NCBI GenBank assembly: GCA_964035545.1
Contig: CAXIUT010000099.1
Location: 54,698-98,020, forward strand
Length of the DNA stretch: 43,323 bases
Direction: 5' to 3'
Source of the DNA: Bugula neritina
Lineage: Eukaryota; Animalia; Bryozoa
Shown here: in pieces, positions 12,626 through 25,653 of the stretch
How the letters are laid out: every line of letters starts with the position of its first letter
How positions within the stretch are numbered: position 1 is the first letter of the stretch
Notes under the pieces: model-generated
What the model was told of the DNA's origin: nothing
The model's database searches: none
Seen by the model: the letters and a program-made list of their open reading frames with translations, nothing else
Made by a program: the position numbers and the translations under genes

Positions 12626-13744
12626 ATGAAGAGTGAATAAGATGAACTTATAATTAAAAGTAAGTTAACAGAAAAGAAGAAAGTGATAAAAGCCAAGCCA
12701 AATGCGATGATAGATAAATCTGATGATTCTGATTGGTCTCTTGACAGTCTAGAAGATATCAAAGGTATCAACCTTCACGAGATGGAAAGAAAATAAAATC
12801 ACTAAACTCAGAAATAAAAACCTGCAATTCAAGCTAAGTTTCCATAAAAGCCAAACGTGATGGCAAATGCTCCTTTACATTAGATTGGAAAGGTTATCTA
12901 TGTTGTTGGAGAGTTGTTGATTCTTGAAGCTAGTGGAGGGTCTTTTGTAGTAGATCTGGATAACTGGGTAGCCGATGGAGAAAGAAACTTGATGGGATTT
13001 GTAATTGATGTCTTGGGTAGAATATAAAATCCATATTATGCAATTAAACTATAAAATGTCCAAGATACTAATGCTTGGTTGGGAAAAGCTTTGTTCTATA
13101 TTGAAGGTAGTTCAAAGATCTTAAAAGATGATGATATTAAGAGTATGCAATCAAAGAGTGCAGCATAGATATAGTAATCTGACTCATCAGATGGAGAACT
13201 CGAAGTAGAAAGAAATCATTCTCAATAAAAGATAGAGAGAAAAAGAGAACCTGGATGGAAAAGAAATATTAGATACAGAGACCAATAAAGAAACTATGAA
13301 AGTAGAGATAGAACTTATTAAAAACCAAACCAAAGAAACTTTAGTAGATCTAGAAACTAACATAATCAAAAATATCTATAAAGCATGTACAATAGTCACT
13401 ATAAGGAAATGACAAGGCTTTACAATGGAGATATTCAACCTCCTTTCAATAGCTATTACAGTCCACAATAACAACAAGCAGCTAACTATCAACCTTTTGG
13501 AAACATAAACACTTTTCAACCTTTTCCAAGTCAACAGATGTCTATTCCTTCTTCTTATACCCAAAATAACAATATCGGACTATTTGGTGGAAATAATAGT
13601 CAATAACAACCTCAGTTTTATGGTCAACTTCCTCAGAATAACCAACATGGACTATCGAATCAGATAGGAAGGCAAAATAATCAAAATAAATGGGGACAGC
13701 CTAACTTTTAGACTAACAAAGAAGGAAATAAGGAATAAAAATGA
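12626..13744 (+). CDS. NAF1: H/ACA RNP assembly factor NAF1-like (Gar1/Naf1 domain) with Q/N-rich tail
   Basis: IGKVIYVVGELLILE...VVDLDNWV...MGFVIDVLGRIENPYYAIK, followed by an acidic patch and an R-rich then Q/N/P-rich C-terminus; intronless. Confidence 0.72.
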
Positions 13745-14684
13745 TAAATACTTCCCTTTATCTATTATTTATTAATTGGGTTCATAAATAAGCATTGAAG
13801 TCTATTAGAATTTAATATTTTATCATGAATTTATTGATTTAATTAATTATTAGATCAATACTTATCAATTATAGATGAAGATTTTATTATTTTTTGGAGA
13901 ACATCTTCAATGATAGTGGACATTTCAATCTATTCAAGAGTGTCTATGATATATGACTTCTATCAGTAATTTTAACTCTTATTCAATAATATTCTCTAAA
14001 CTATCCCTTATCTTCCTTTACTCTTTTATCTCTCCCTGAAACTTTGTTTATTATCTTTGATTATTTACCCTTATATTATCAATAGAACATGTCAAAATAA
14101 ATAAATGATCAATTTTTTACTTTAAATCAAATGATATTATCTTTACTAAAACTTTTTTAATCAGCTCATTCTGAGTCTTTAGCTTTGATTTAAACAAAAA
14201 TCATTTTACTGCTAAGATAATTAATTAAGTTATATATTGCTATTTTGAAGCTTCTCAAAATTCTTCAAAAAAAGCAAGATAAAACATACAATTTTATCCT
14301 ACCAAAGTTATTATTAAGCAATAGTAACTTATTTTGGAAAGAAATAAATCAAAAATGATTTAAATTCTAGTTTTTAGAGATTGAAAATATCAATTTTTTT
14401 ATCAATTAAAAGAGCTAATAACTCATAAATAATTTAAAAAAGCTTTGAAAAGACAAAAAAAGTTGTTTAAAAAGAGCCTAAAATCTATTTAATTAAAAAA
14501 AGATGGTAGATTATTTAAGAAATAGTTGAACAATAAATAAAATTCACTCAATATCGACAAAAGAGCTTCTAAATAAAAACAAATGAGGTAATATTCTCTT
14601 GTTAAACGATTTAAAGAATATAAATAGACAATAAGACCTGCTCATTTAATTAGAGTTATATTTTGATCTTGATATTATTTTTTT

Positions 14685-16600
14685 ATGAACCAACGTCTAG
14701 CAAACTTCTCTAGAACTGTTAGATTCTCCTTTACATTACTCTTCGTCTTGCTCTCCTTTCTTCCTTCTTCGAATGCCCAGCTAGAATATCATCCCTTGGT
14801 CTATATTCGTAACTATTTATTGAAGTAGAAAAAACCACCTTCACTGATCCAACAAGTTCAGGTATGACAGCTGCAACAGCTGATGGCTTCACCTTTCCTA
14901 TTACCTGGGACTATACCCTTGCAGACAATCTTAAAACTATGTTTGCTCTAAAGGGGTTTAAGTATGATGCTAATAGCGCTCTAAGCTATTAATCTTAAAT
15001 TATTTCACCAACTAATACAGGAGCTAGCTTTAAGATTATTCCTACGACTTCCTATGCAAAGATTCTTTACTTAAGCTTTACAGTAGTTGTAATAGTAGCT
15101 GAAGACTAGTTTTTGCAATTCGGAGATAATATTTACACCAATATATCTAGCGGTTAATTATCTAAGACATAAAATCTAGTTTATAAATCAACACTCTAGG
15201 GTAGTCTTAATTATATAATTTTTTTTGAATATTTATCCCAAAAAGAAGCCACTTTCAGTAACGGTCAATAATATTAAGCTAAGGTTATTTTATTTATCGA
15301 TTAAAGGTAAGTTAATGTAACCATAGGATCATAGACCTCACTTTTAGATGTTAAATATAGCTATCTAATATTGGTGAGTAATCCATCTAATCCTACTACG
15401 TTTGAATTTAAAATTTAAATTTATTCTTCTTCATCTAATGGAGCTTTATCTGCTGATAATTCAAACTTTGGAAATGTAGTTTAAAATTACTGCATTGAAA
15501 GCACTAATACTATTAATGCTTTTTTTATTGGTTTTTTTGGTACAGAATTTCTATGGGACAATACAAAAAATACATTTTCGACTTTTTTGAACGAAGTTTC
15601 TTTCTTATATTTATGCATAGGTAGTTCTTGTCCAAGTAGAAAATACTTGGATAGTGGCAGTAATAATTGTTCCACTTGTCCCATAGACTGCTATACTTGT
15701 GATAATTCTGGTAATTGTCTGACTTGTTCAGCTTCAGTTGATTTCAGATAACTCTTATCTAAAAGATGTGCTCCTAAAACTGGTTACTATGAGAGTAATG
15801 TTCAGGTAGCAGGAGATTGCACTGATTCATGCACAACATGTAGTGGAAATACTGCTTGTCAAGCCTGTTGTACACTTCCACCCTGTCCTAATCTACAATA
15901 TTGGCATCGAACTAATGCTATATGCACTCAATGTACAGGTTGCCTCACTTGTAACTAAGATGGAGATTGCCTTACCTGTTCAGCAGCAGTTGATTTTAGA
16001 TAACTCTCATCTACAAGCTGTGTTCCTATGACTGGCTACTATGAGAGTAATGCTCAGGTAGCAGGAGATTGTACAGATTCATGTACAACTTGTAGTGGAA
16101 ATACTGCCTGTCAAGCCTGCTGTGCACTTCCACCTTGTCCTGATAGACAATACTGGCATCGAACTAATGCTGTATGCACTCCATGCTCAGATACAAAATG
16201 TTTGACCTGTAATTAGAATGGAGACTGCCTTACCTGTTCATAAGATGTTGATTTCAGATAACTCTTATCTACAAGGTGTGTCCCAATAGCTGGATATTGT
16301 GAATCAAATGTGGCAGTTGCATAAGTTGAAGAGTTATGTTCAAGCAGTGAGAAAAAAGTTCGAGGGAATTATAATAAAGAAGCTACCATTACAGCTTTAT
16401 CACTAACAGGTGGAGTGGTATTGGCTGTGATTTTGGTTGTGATTGTGGCAAAAAAAAAAGCAGCTGCTTCAAGTGTTGGAGTTTTTGCAACAGTTGAACC
16501 AATACACGATATCTCTGCTATCAATTCTAGTGAACAAATAACCTCTACTACAAAAAAAAGCAAGTAGTTAAATATTAAAAGTACAAGATCAAGATATTGA
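14685..16600 (+). CDS. Type I membrane cysteine-rich (furin-like/CxxC repeat) surface protein
   Basis: N-terminal signal peptide, beta-rich N-domain, repeated CLTC...DFREL...C.P..GYYES units, TM helix GGVVLAVILVVIVA then KKK; 20-nt intron 14809-14828. Confidence 0.85.
15716..16320 (+). repeat. Intragenic tandem repeat, about 2.4 copies of a 252-258 nt unit
   Basis: Units start at 15716, 15968 and 16226; near-identical blocks such as gagagtaatg(t/c)tcaggtagcaggagattg and tggcatcgaactaatgct. Confidence 0.9.
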
Positions 16601-16931
16601 TCATTCATCCATAATTCATTTTTAGTCATCAACTATTGATTAATTATAACTTTTGAAATAAATAATTTTTACTTTGAATATTACTATAAATTACTTTATG
16701 AAATTTTTATAAAAAGAACTTTATTCTAAAAAATAGAATTAAATTTTTTCTTGATTAAAACATTTGTTCAGAGATTCTTTATATCAACTTATTTTAGTCA
16801 AATAGTTTTTTCTATTCCTTATTAAAATATAGTGCTCAATCAAAATAATAAAACTATCTACAAATCGTGAAATAGATCCCAAATTTAATATAAAAGAAGA
16901 GAAAGAAACCATAAAAGATTATTTTCAGATA

Positions 16932-19900
16932 TCAAGCTTTTTTTATATCTTTGAAGTCTCCTTCTTACTTCATATAACTAACAAACTCTCTTTCTATAGT
17001 TTCTTTCTTCTAGCACCATTCTTTAAGGTGTCTGCAGAAGGTTAATAGTGTCTGAAGCTGAGAACTTTTCCCTTTATCTTGAATTTTTTAAGGTTAGTTT
17101 TATATTTTATTGATCTCTCTGATCTCTTTTTCAAGTTCGTTGATAATTTTAGTCAACTCTTTACCAAATCGGTAGTCCTTAATCTTGGCTCTACATTCAA
17201 TGATTTTCACTTTACAAGACAATTAATGAGTATCTTTTTTAGATTGAATCATTGAAAACCCCATAAGAGAGATTGTTCCTTTAGCATTTTGTTCCATTTA
17301 AGTTTTCTTTTTGGTTTTATAAGATTGGAAGTATTCAAGCGACTTTTGATAGAAATCAATAGCTTCTTCATATTATTGGAACATTTTATGTATTTAGGCA
17401 TAGTAGTAGTAAATCATAAAGGTCTAGCGGTGAATTTGTTAGTTTTTTCCTTCATAATCATTTAAATAAAGTTAATTAAAAAGTTCCTTTGCTTTATCTA
17501 TTTCAAGGAAAGCCTTTTCTTTTTGATGAAATGTAGCATAAACCATCCCTAGATTACACTTAATGCGAGCATAGACAATTGACTTTTCTCCAGAAGTCAA
17601 TCTAAACATATTTGCAGACTGCTCAAATTTGTCTTTAGACTGTTCAAACTTTTTCCACTTCATATATAGAATGGCGAAGTGATTAAGGGAGTTAGCGATG
17701 TCACTATGCTGATTTTTGTATAAATGAACTATAAATAAGTGATATCTGTTTAGATGTTATTCAGCTTAGCTGTATTGCATAAGAAAGGTCATTGTTCGAC
17801 CAATCTGCATTTCTATTTTATATCTGTGGTGATATTTTTCAAATTGATTTTTACTTAATACTTCTCTCAACATGTTTATTCCTTTCTCAAAACATTTCAT
17901 TGCAAATGAATACTAACCTAGATCAAGATAGGCCAAGCCCATTGTATAGAGAGTCTTCGATACGATCGTATGCTAGGGTTTGTTTTTAAATGGGACTACT
18001 TTGATTTCCTATTTTAAAATTTGAAGAGACTAAGTTGAATTTTTGAGTTATCTGTGTACTTGAGCGATATCTATGACTGTTTTCATTGATTTAGGGTCAA
18101 ATTAACTGTAATATTGGGTGTTAACAACATACTATTTTTCAAGAAAGTCTATAGCTTGTTTTAAAGAGGTCATGGTTTGTTATTTTCTTTCTAACTAAGC
18201 CAGCATGTGATATGTTTTAGGGACTTAAATATCATTGATAGAAGTTTATTTTATCGACACTAATGAATTCATAACTACTTTAATTATATTAGATTTGTTT
18301 TGATTGAAATCTTATCTTTGTTTTCTTATTTATGCCTTTCGAATTTAAATCAAAGAACGATCATAACTTTTCTCTTCTATTAAAGCTATTAATTTTTATT
18401 AAATTTTATCATATCTTTATTCGACTTTTTTCATATCGATTGCTTGTTCACCTTCAAGATAAGAAGAGATCTTGGCCATCAGTTGGAAGATAAGTGTTTT
18501 TTACATGTATAGTTTTTTATGATTCTGGAAAGATATATCTTTGTCCTTTATATTTTCTAGCATTTCTTCTGATATTTAATCTGCTTAGTCTAATTCTTTT
18601 GAAGTTTAACCGTAGCTTTGCATCTCATATCTAAGATGGGCAAGTTTCATTTTGATTTATAACCTACCAAAAGCCACATCAAAATCCCAACTTTCTTTTT
18701 CCTTAAGAACATCTTATAGTGCTTCATTTGCCTATCCAAGTTGATTTTAGACTTCATCATATTTATCCAGACTCTATCCTGCCTAAGAATATTTTTTTGT
18801 GATATCAATTTATTTGATAAGTTATCCTTTGTCTTGAAGAACATTTTCGAGAAATTTTGCACCAGTTTAAGTTCTTTTTATAGAACCTCTTTCACCTATC
18901 AGAACTATCATTGTTTCTAAAGCTTTTGCTGGTTATCCATTTTGAATCAAAGCTTCAGATTTTTTAATGGTAAAATTGACTTACTATGTTTTATTTTGAC
19001 CTCTAGCTTAAGTTATTTTAGCTTCGTAATAGTCAACACTTTTCTGAGTCTAGTTACTTTTAAGAAATACTTGTCCATAATCTTACATATTAACTTTTTA
19101 TCCCATCAGTTCCTTATACGTGTAATATGCAAGTCTATCATTCTTTTTTAGAAAATCAGGATTTTCAGCTCCCAAAACATTGAAGATAGATCCATACTGT
19201 AGAATATAAAAATCAAATTCTCCTCTGGTTTATTTTCCGATAACTTTGAATATGTTTAATGCATTGAATAAAATTTATTTTTCTTCAAATTTTGATATAT
19301 CAACCAGATTGACAAAACCGTAATCGTTTTAAGTAATCTTTCTATCGTCTACTTCAATATCTTCAAAAATAATTTAAATAATTTTATTATGATTTCTTTC
19401 TTTAGCAAATTTTTTAGCAACCTAAATATCTTCAGTTGAAGAAACAAATCCATGAATTTCTATGTAACTTCCAAAGCAGTTTTAAATATATTAGGTTTAG
19501 GTTTAAGAAAGATCAGTCCCTCTGTAAAGTTTATAATTTTTGCGAGTTTGACTATAGGGATATTGCTGTTTATAAATATTTTTTATTGCATGAAACATTT
19601 TATTAAAAGGGTCTCCAATAATAAAAAACTAATCAGGAGTTTTAGCTATTCTAAGTGTGTTATTAAGACATCGATAGAAGAAACTATCTTCAGTATAAAA
19701 ACGTAGAATCTAGCTGTCATTGAATGGATAAGTCTGATAGTAGTTGATAAAATCTTTATCTCTAGTTGATGTGTACATGATGGAACATTGCTAGACGAAT
19801 AGTTTTTTTGAGGATTAGATGTCACCTTTTTTGTTGTGTAAATTAGCAAGGCAATAGAGATTATTTCTATATCTGATAAGTTAAGCTTTATCTTTAAGTT

Positions 19901-20513
19901 TTAATTTCATAAAATTTGGTAATCTTACCTTTTATAATTTTAGAGATTTCTTTTCTATCTTTTTTTATATTTTAACTTTTTACATATCTTGCTTTATTTC
20001 CGCTAGTACTCCATCGAATTTATCATCTACGCCTCTAACTTTACTTCCAAATTGATGTTTTCTTATTCTTTTAATAATATTAGCGTTTTTTTGAGTAATA
20101 ACCTTAAGCATTATTGAGTTTTCATCTCCTAAAATCTGGAAAAGATCTTAACCAATACTTTCATCGCAAACTACTTTGCATTTCTATATTTGTGACCATG
20201 CTTCGTACTAAGAATAGTGAGTACAAATGGGAAGATCTTATTCAGCAAAATTTAAACTGGAAAAAGCTTTTTTGCATTTATTATATAACTCTTTCATTTA
20301 AGGAGTATTCTCTTTGATATTTGCATGCATAAAAACCCATAAATATTTATCTCTTTGGGCAAAAGACTTGAAAAAGTTTTCTCTTGGACGAGATATCACC
20401 TACAATCCTGGTAGTTGGATATCTTTTGCTCTTTATCTAGTCCTAAGTTTTCCTGTGTTGCGACCAACTGGAATTGTGGGAGGTCTAAATAGATACTTTT
20501 GACTTTAATTCAT
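16932..20513 (-). CDS. ADP-ribosyltransferase (R-S-E class) domain fused to C-terminal TPR repeats, 1193 aa
   Basis: Intronless frame; ILRFYTEDSFFYRCLNNTLR, LYRG, GFVSST, FEEKEILF, then TPR-like repeats (SKTLYTMGLAYLDLGEYSFAMKCFEKG; IANSLNHFAILY; YEEAIDFYQKSLE). Confidence 0.8.
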
Positions 20514-20681
20514 TTGATTTTAGAGCTTATATAAAAAGTATTTAAAATAAGTTTTTTAAAACTAAAAATAATGAATTTTATTGATGATATTAACTTTAAT
20601 TCTTAAATGGGAAATTATATAATAATGAAAGGTAATTTTTATTTTAATGTTTATATATTTTATTGCTTATTAATAAAGGTA

Positions 20682-21776
20682 ATGGGTTGTGGAGGTTCAC
20701 ATTTAGATGTATCAAAACCAAGTAAGAGGTAAACTGTTTTCGGTGTATTTGATGTAAGTCTGGTTGAAGCTCAAATCCAACATGAGACAAGTAAATTTTC
20801 AACAATGGATCCATATGTCCATGTCAAGTTTTCAAATCAAATTTTTAAAGGAGAGGTTATTAAGAATGGAGGTAAAAATCCAAAGTTTAAAGATAGACAT
20901 TCTTTTATTGTGAACAGTTATTATAAACATTTCGGTAGATGTTTATAAATAGAACTTATGGATAGTAATATAACATCAGATGATGTTATTGGATATGGAA
21001 TCATTGATTTAGATCCTTACCTAAATGCCTTGCAAGTTATGGAACCTTAAAATTCTATGAAACAATCTGGAGGACCAAAAAAGGAACAAAAAATTATGTT
21101 GAGATGTTTTCTTAACTATGATCGAAAACAAGCTGGCTATGTTGCTTTAGAAGCATCTTTTAGAGAAGAAAAAACAGATATTGTTAACTTTAGATTTTAA
21201 ACTGCAGAATTTTAGCGAAGTACTAAAGTTTTTGGGGATATGGAGTGCTATGTAAAGGTTACAGCTGGGTAAGAAGTACTTTAAACACAAAAATGTCTTG
21301 ATACAAAAACAGAAAAACCAGTATGGAAAGATTAACATTTAAGTTTTACATGTCCAAGGTCATTATAAAAAATACAGGTTGATGTGATGGATGGAGAAAA
21401 TGTAATTGGAAGTCTTGAAATGCATAAAAGTGATTTATTATTGGATAATTAAGAGAATTAATTCCGAAAAGATCTGACCTTTGAAGGGAAAGTTGCTGGA
21501 AGAATTTGGTTTAATACAAAGAAAAATGCAAATCCTCTTTTCAAGGAACTTAACGGAAAATATACAAAGGAAATGCCTGGAGCATAAAAAAAAGAAGAAA
21601 AAAAATAAGAGAAGAAATAAGAATAAAAGAAATAAGAAAAGAAATAAGAATAAAAGAAATAGGAAAAGAAATAGGAAAAGAAATAAGAGGAAAAAAAAGA
21701 GGAAAAAAAAGAATAGATAAAGCAAGAAGAGAAACCATAATAGAAAAAATAAGAGTAAAATAATGCGATTAGCTGA
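20682..21776 (+). CDS. N-acylated tandem C2-domain protein with KKEE tail
   Basis: MGCGGS myristoyl/palmitoyl motif; C2 signatures MDPYVHVKF, GGKNPKF, DDVIGYGIIDL; second C2 (MECYVKVT, KPVWKDE); intronless. Confidence 0.85.
21585..21757 (+). repeat. Coding (KKEE)n low-complexity repeat
   Basis: AAR AAA followed by interchangeable GAA/GAG/TAA/TAG codons. Confidence 0.9.
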
Positions 21777-21801
21777 TTATCTATTCATTTAAAATAAAAA
21801 A

Positions 21802-22131
21802 TCACAAGTTTTGACAATAGCCATAAAGATGAGGTTCTTTTTTAAACTCTTTTTCTTTCCTAGCTTTGATAGATTATATTTCGAATCTATTGTATTTTTT
21901 GGAAATAAGTTTAATGAAACAAATCTCTTTTAATCTCACATTGCTCATTATTTTCCTCTCTGACCAATTTAATTAACGTTACTACTGATTCTTGAACAAT
22001 TATTTACAATTTATCATGTTTATTCTATCACTTCTGTTATTTAGACATTTTTACTATTTCTTCGAATTGTTTATTTTAAATATATCTATTGTTTTTGAAG
22101 CTATGAATCAAAATATTTATTAACTCGGCAT
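21802..22131 (-). CDS. Possible small hypothetical protein
   Basis: About 100-codon frame ending at TGA; joining to the ATG needs an atypical 24-nt intron; no motif. Confidence 0.25.
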
Positions 22132-22212
22132 ATAACAGTTTTTATTTTATTTGAAGAGCTTAAATCAATATTAAACTCTCTTGATTATATTTTAAGGGTA
22201 AATTAATATCAT

Positions 22213-23327
22213 ATGGGAAACGAACAACCTAGAAAAATAGCTAGAGTCACAAAACCTCAAATAGACATGGGTACTCTCAAAGCTAAAATACATCTTGACC
22301 TCATCAAAGATCGTAAAAACAGCTAAATCATCAAAGGATAAAAAGAACTAGTTACTAAAATAAAGTCTAATTCAAGAAATAAAGTTGAAGAGATCTTGAT
22401 TGCTGAAAGAGTCATCAATGGATTAAAATATGCTGAAGGTATTCTATTTACTATTTAGCTTGTCAAATACTAGCAGGATATGCTGCTAATCTTCGTTCAC
22501 AAGCACATTTTATTGCTTAGAATATGGTAGATCCTAAAAAAATGGAAGTTTTCTTGCCTTTGATATACTCTTTGATCTTTGCAGCTGATCATATGGGTTT
22601 GTCTTCTTTGGTTGAGTTCAAAAATTTGATGAGAGCTCTGAACGACCCAGTTGCTCTTTAAAAATATGTGAATCCTTAGATTATAAAAGCTCTTACTCCA
22701 TCACCTAAACCAGAATAACTGAATATGTATATGGGGTAGTTTTCTTAAAGAAATGATATTCCTTTAGAGGAAATTAATATAGCTGGTCATAAGTTTACTA
22801 AAAATTGGGGTAACATACCTTCACAACCTCCGAGCAATCCCAGCATTCCAAGTAGTGGATTCTAAGACCTTTAAAGAAAATTAGGATAAGATTTGAAAAA
22901 TAAGTTCGGAGGCGGTGGTTTTGGCGGAAAAGGTGGAAATGGAGGTTTTGGAGGAAATGGAGGAAATGGAGATTTTGGTGGTAATGGAGGTTTTAACCCA
23001 TACGGAGGTAATAACAATCCTTTAAACTTCCCTCAAAATCCTATCAATCCAAACAACCAGAACAACCAATTTATTGGAGGTAACAATCCCAATATGGGAA
23101 CAAATGTGCCGCCATCTCAAACGCCAGGTAATTTGGGTCCAAATTTTATTGTTCCAGTTGATATTCCTTCTAAGAATCAGAATCCAGTAGTGAAGCAAAG
23201 TATTCAAAGCATAAATGATATTGACTATTTTCCTGAGATGGATGCCAATCCTGCGTTATTCGATAAGGGAGGTTTTAAAGATCCTAATTTTGACTAGATA
23301 TGTGAGAGGTTAAAGAAAGGGTTATGA
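22213..23327 (+). CDS. IST1: IST1 (ESCRT-III-associated regulator of Vps4)
   Basis: IST1-type N-domain (AERVI...ACQIL, IYSLIFAA, VNPEIIKAL), G/N/P-rich linker, C-terminal MIM-like FDEICERLKK; 20-nt intron 22439-22458. Confidence 0.78.
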
Positions 23328-23401
23328 TCTATATTGATTCATTAATATTAATGATAAGCTATAATTCTTCTTTTTTTGTAATAAATCGATAAAGATCACA
23401 A

Positions 23402-25630
23402 ATGTCTTTTAATCCCTTCAATTTATTTAAGGGCAATCCTCGAGTTATGGAATTGATGTCTCATAATGAACCAATAAATGCATTACTTTTAGAGGATCCT
23501 TTTATTTCTTAATTTAAAAGAACAGATAATGAATCTCTCAACAGTTAGTAATCATAAAATAATGCAGTATGAATTATTAAAAATATGTAGAATTAATCAA
23601 GTATATTACCTAGATTGACTAGGACAAATAAAACGATAAAAATAGAAGTTATAGGTAAATCTAAAAATTATTAAGATTTCCATTTGTTGCAGCATAAATC
23701 TTAGCAATCAATAATTAGATGACATTCAAGTATTTACTTTAAGATATCAAATTTAAAAATTAGTAAATAGAAGAAGAAATTGAAGTTTAAGTATGTTTTT
23801 TATCTATATAGATAGAAATTGATTCAGAATCATCGTAGAGGTCTTATAGTTCAATAAAATCTAATAATTCTAGTAGTTCTAAACTATAAAAAGTTGAAAG
23901 AAAAACATTTCAGGAAGAGGATAAGTAAAATATTGTTTTGTCGGATAGTGGAGATAAAAACTTGTCTGACTATTTGAGTGAGGATCGATAAATATGTGAA
24001 GATGATTTTCCTGATGTTAAACCTAAAAAGAAAGTTATAATGAAGTAAACAGTAAAAAGAATAGTTAAAAAGGTTGAAAAGCCTTTGGTGTTTCAGATAA
24101 TAAAGTATTTCGATAACTCTAAAATAATTCATATTTTAGATGGCTACGTATCTAAAGTTCTAGAAAATATTCTTAATAACAAATTTGAAGCATTTATCAA
24201 TGTTTTATAGAAATATCACTCATTTTAGAATTTAAAAAGTATATTCAGGCATATAGATTCATATTCCGTTCAGGAGTTATTGCTTGTATTGATAACTAAG
24301 GTAGTTGATTGCGATAGAATGATTAAATTTGAAGATGAGACTTTGATAATTGACTTTATTCAGAACAATTGTGTTTAGAAGATGGATAAATGGTCAAATA
24401 ATATAAATTTGTAAGAAAGGAGTTATTTTCTTTATCTGTATAGTTTAGTGATTGATAAAATAGGAAATAAAATCAAATAAAAATAAAATAATTAAAAAGG
24501 ATAAACAACTATTGATATTGAAAAATAGATCAAACTTTTAGTAAATATTATTCATGATGGACATATTGTAAAATTATAGTAAGTGTTAGATTAAGTTATT
24601 TCTAATAAAGAAGATAATAAAGAATTATAGAATATAGTACTATCTTATTTGAAGGTATTAAAAAATATATTGATAGTATTTTTATTACTAAAAAAGATAA
24701 AAAATAATGATAAGATATGTAAGAAGTAGGTTAATAAAATTCAATAGATTTTGTAAAAATGTGAAGATTCTTTTGATAAATTAATAAATTTAGGTTTGCA
24801 TTTTATTTTCTAAGACTATTTAGCTTTATATCCTTCAGATTTACAAAAATATAAGACTCAAAATAATTTGACTTCTAAAATGTAATTACTATAAATAATA
24901 TCAAAACTAATTTAAGACAATATATACTTTTCAAGAAAGACTTTAATAAACTAATCCAATTTTTAACATCTATTTAAATTATTTTAATTATATCCTAATA
25001 GTTCTATTTTTCATAATATGGTTATCAAATTATTAACACCTTTTATCTCCTCAGACAACGATATTTTTACTATTAATAAAGTACATTTATTATAATTTAG
25101 TTTTTCCAGAAGAAAGCTTTATTTTAATTTATCTATCAAAATGTTAAAAAAGATTATCAAATAAGATATTAATATAAAAATAAAAGTAGAGTCTGTTATA
25201 TTGGACAAATCATTTCAATTTGTTTTTTGATATAAAAATTTTAATTGGAATAAAGTTAAGAATTAAATAAATTTAAAAGCAGTTAATAGTGGCAATATAT
25301 TCATGAATGTCTTGTTGAAGAATAAAAAGGAGTTAGAAAAAAAATATTAGGAGGACATTAAAAGTTAAAAAATAAAAAACCTATCATTTTTTTCAATAAA
25401 GAAGTATTTTAAATAATATCTAGGATAGCCTAAGTCATTTTAGATACTTTTTAAGCGGAATGAAATACAAAAGTTTTGATGAATTCTAAAACTTTTAACC
25501 TGGAAATAGTGATTCAGAAGATGAAACAGATGAAGTTAATAAATTTATGGTTGGAGAAGATAAGATAAAGGAATCAATTAGTATTTAAATCGATTAAAAG
25601 AAATATTTTGAATAAAATATAGATCTTTGA
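23402..25630 (+). CDS. SIT4/PP6 phosphatase-associated (SAPS-domain) protein
   Basis: LLLED..ISEFK, LIKYI, YRFPFVAAEIL, GYVSKVL, CYIGQII; introns 23548-23567, 25081-25100, 25404-25423 (20 nt) and 23655-23675, 23791-23811 (21 nt). Confidence 0.8.
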
Positions 25631-25653
25631 TTTTGTATGAACTATCCTATTAA

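Noticed and set aside
15716-16320. CRISPR-like or mobile-element repeat
   Set aside because: Repeats are in-frame coding Cys modules; no spacers, cas genes, transposase or terminal inverted repeats seen in the window
22905-23010. G-rich stretch as an internal telomere or regulatory element
   Set aside because: It encodes the GGNGGFGG linker of IST1 and is not G4T2
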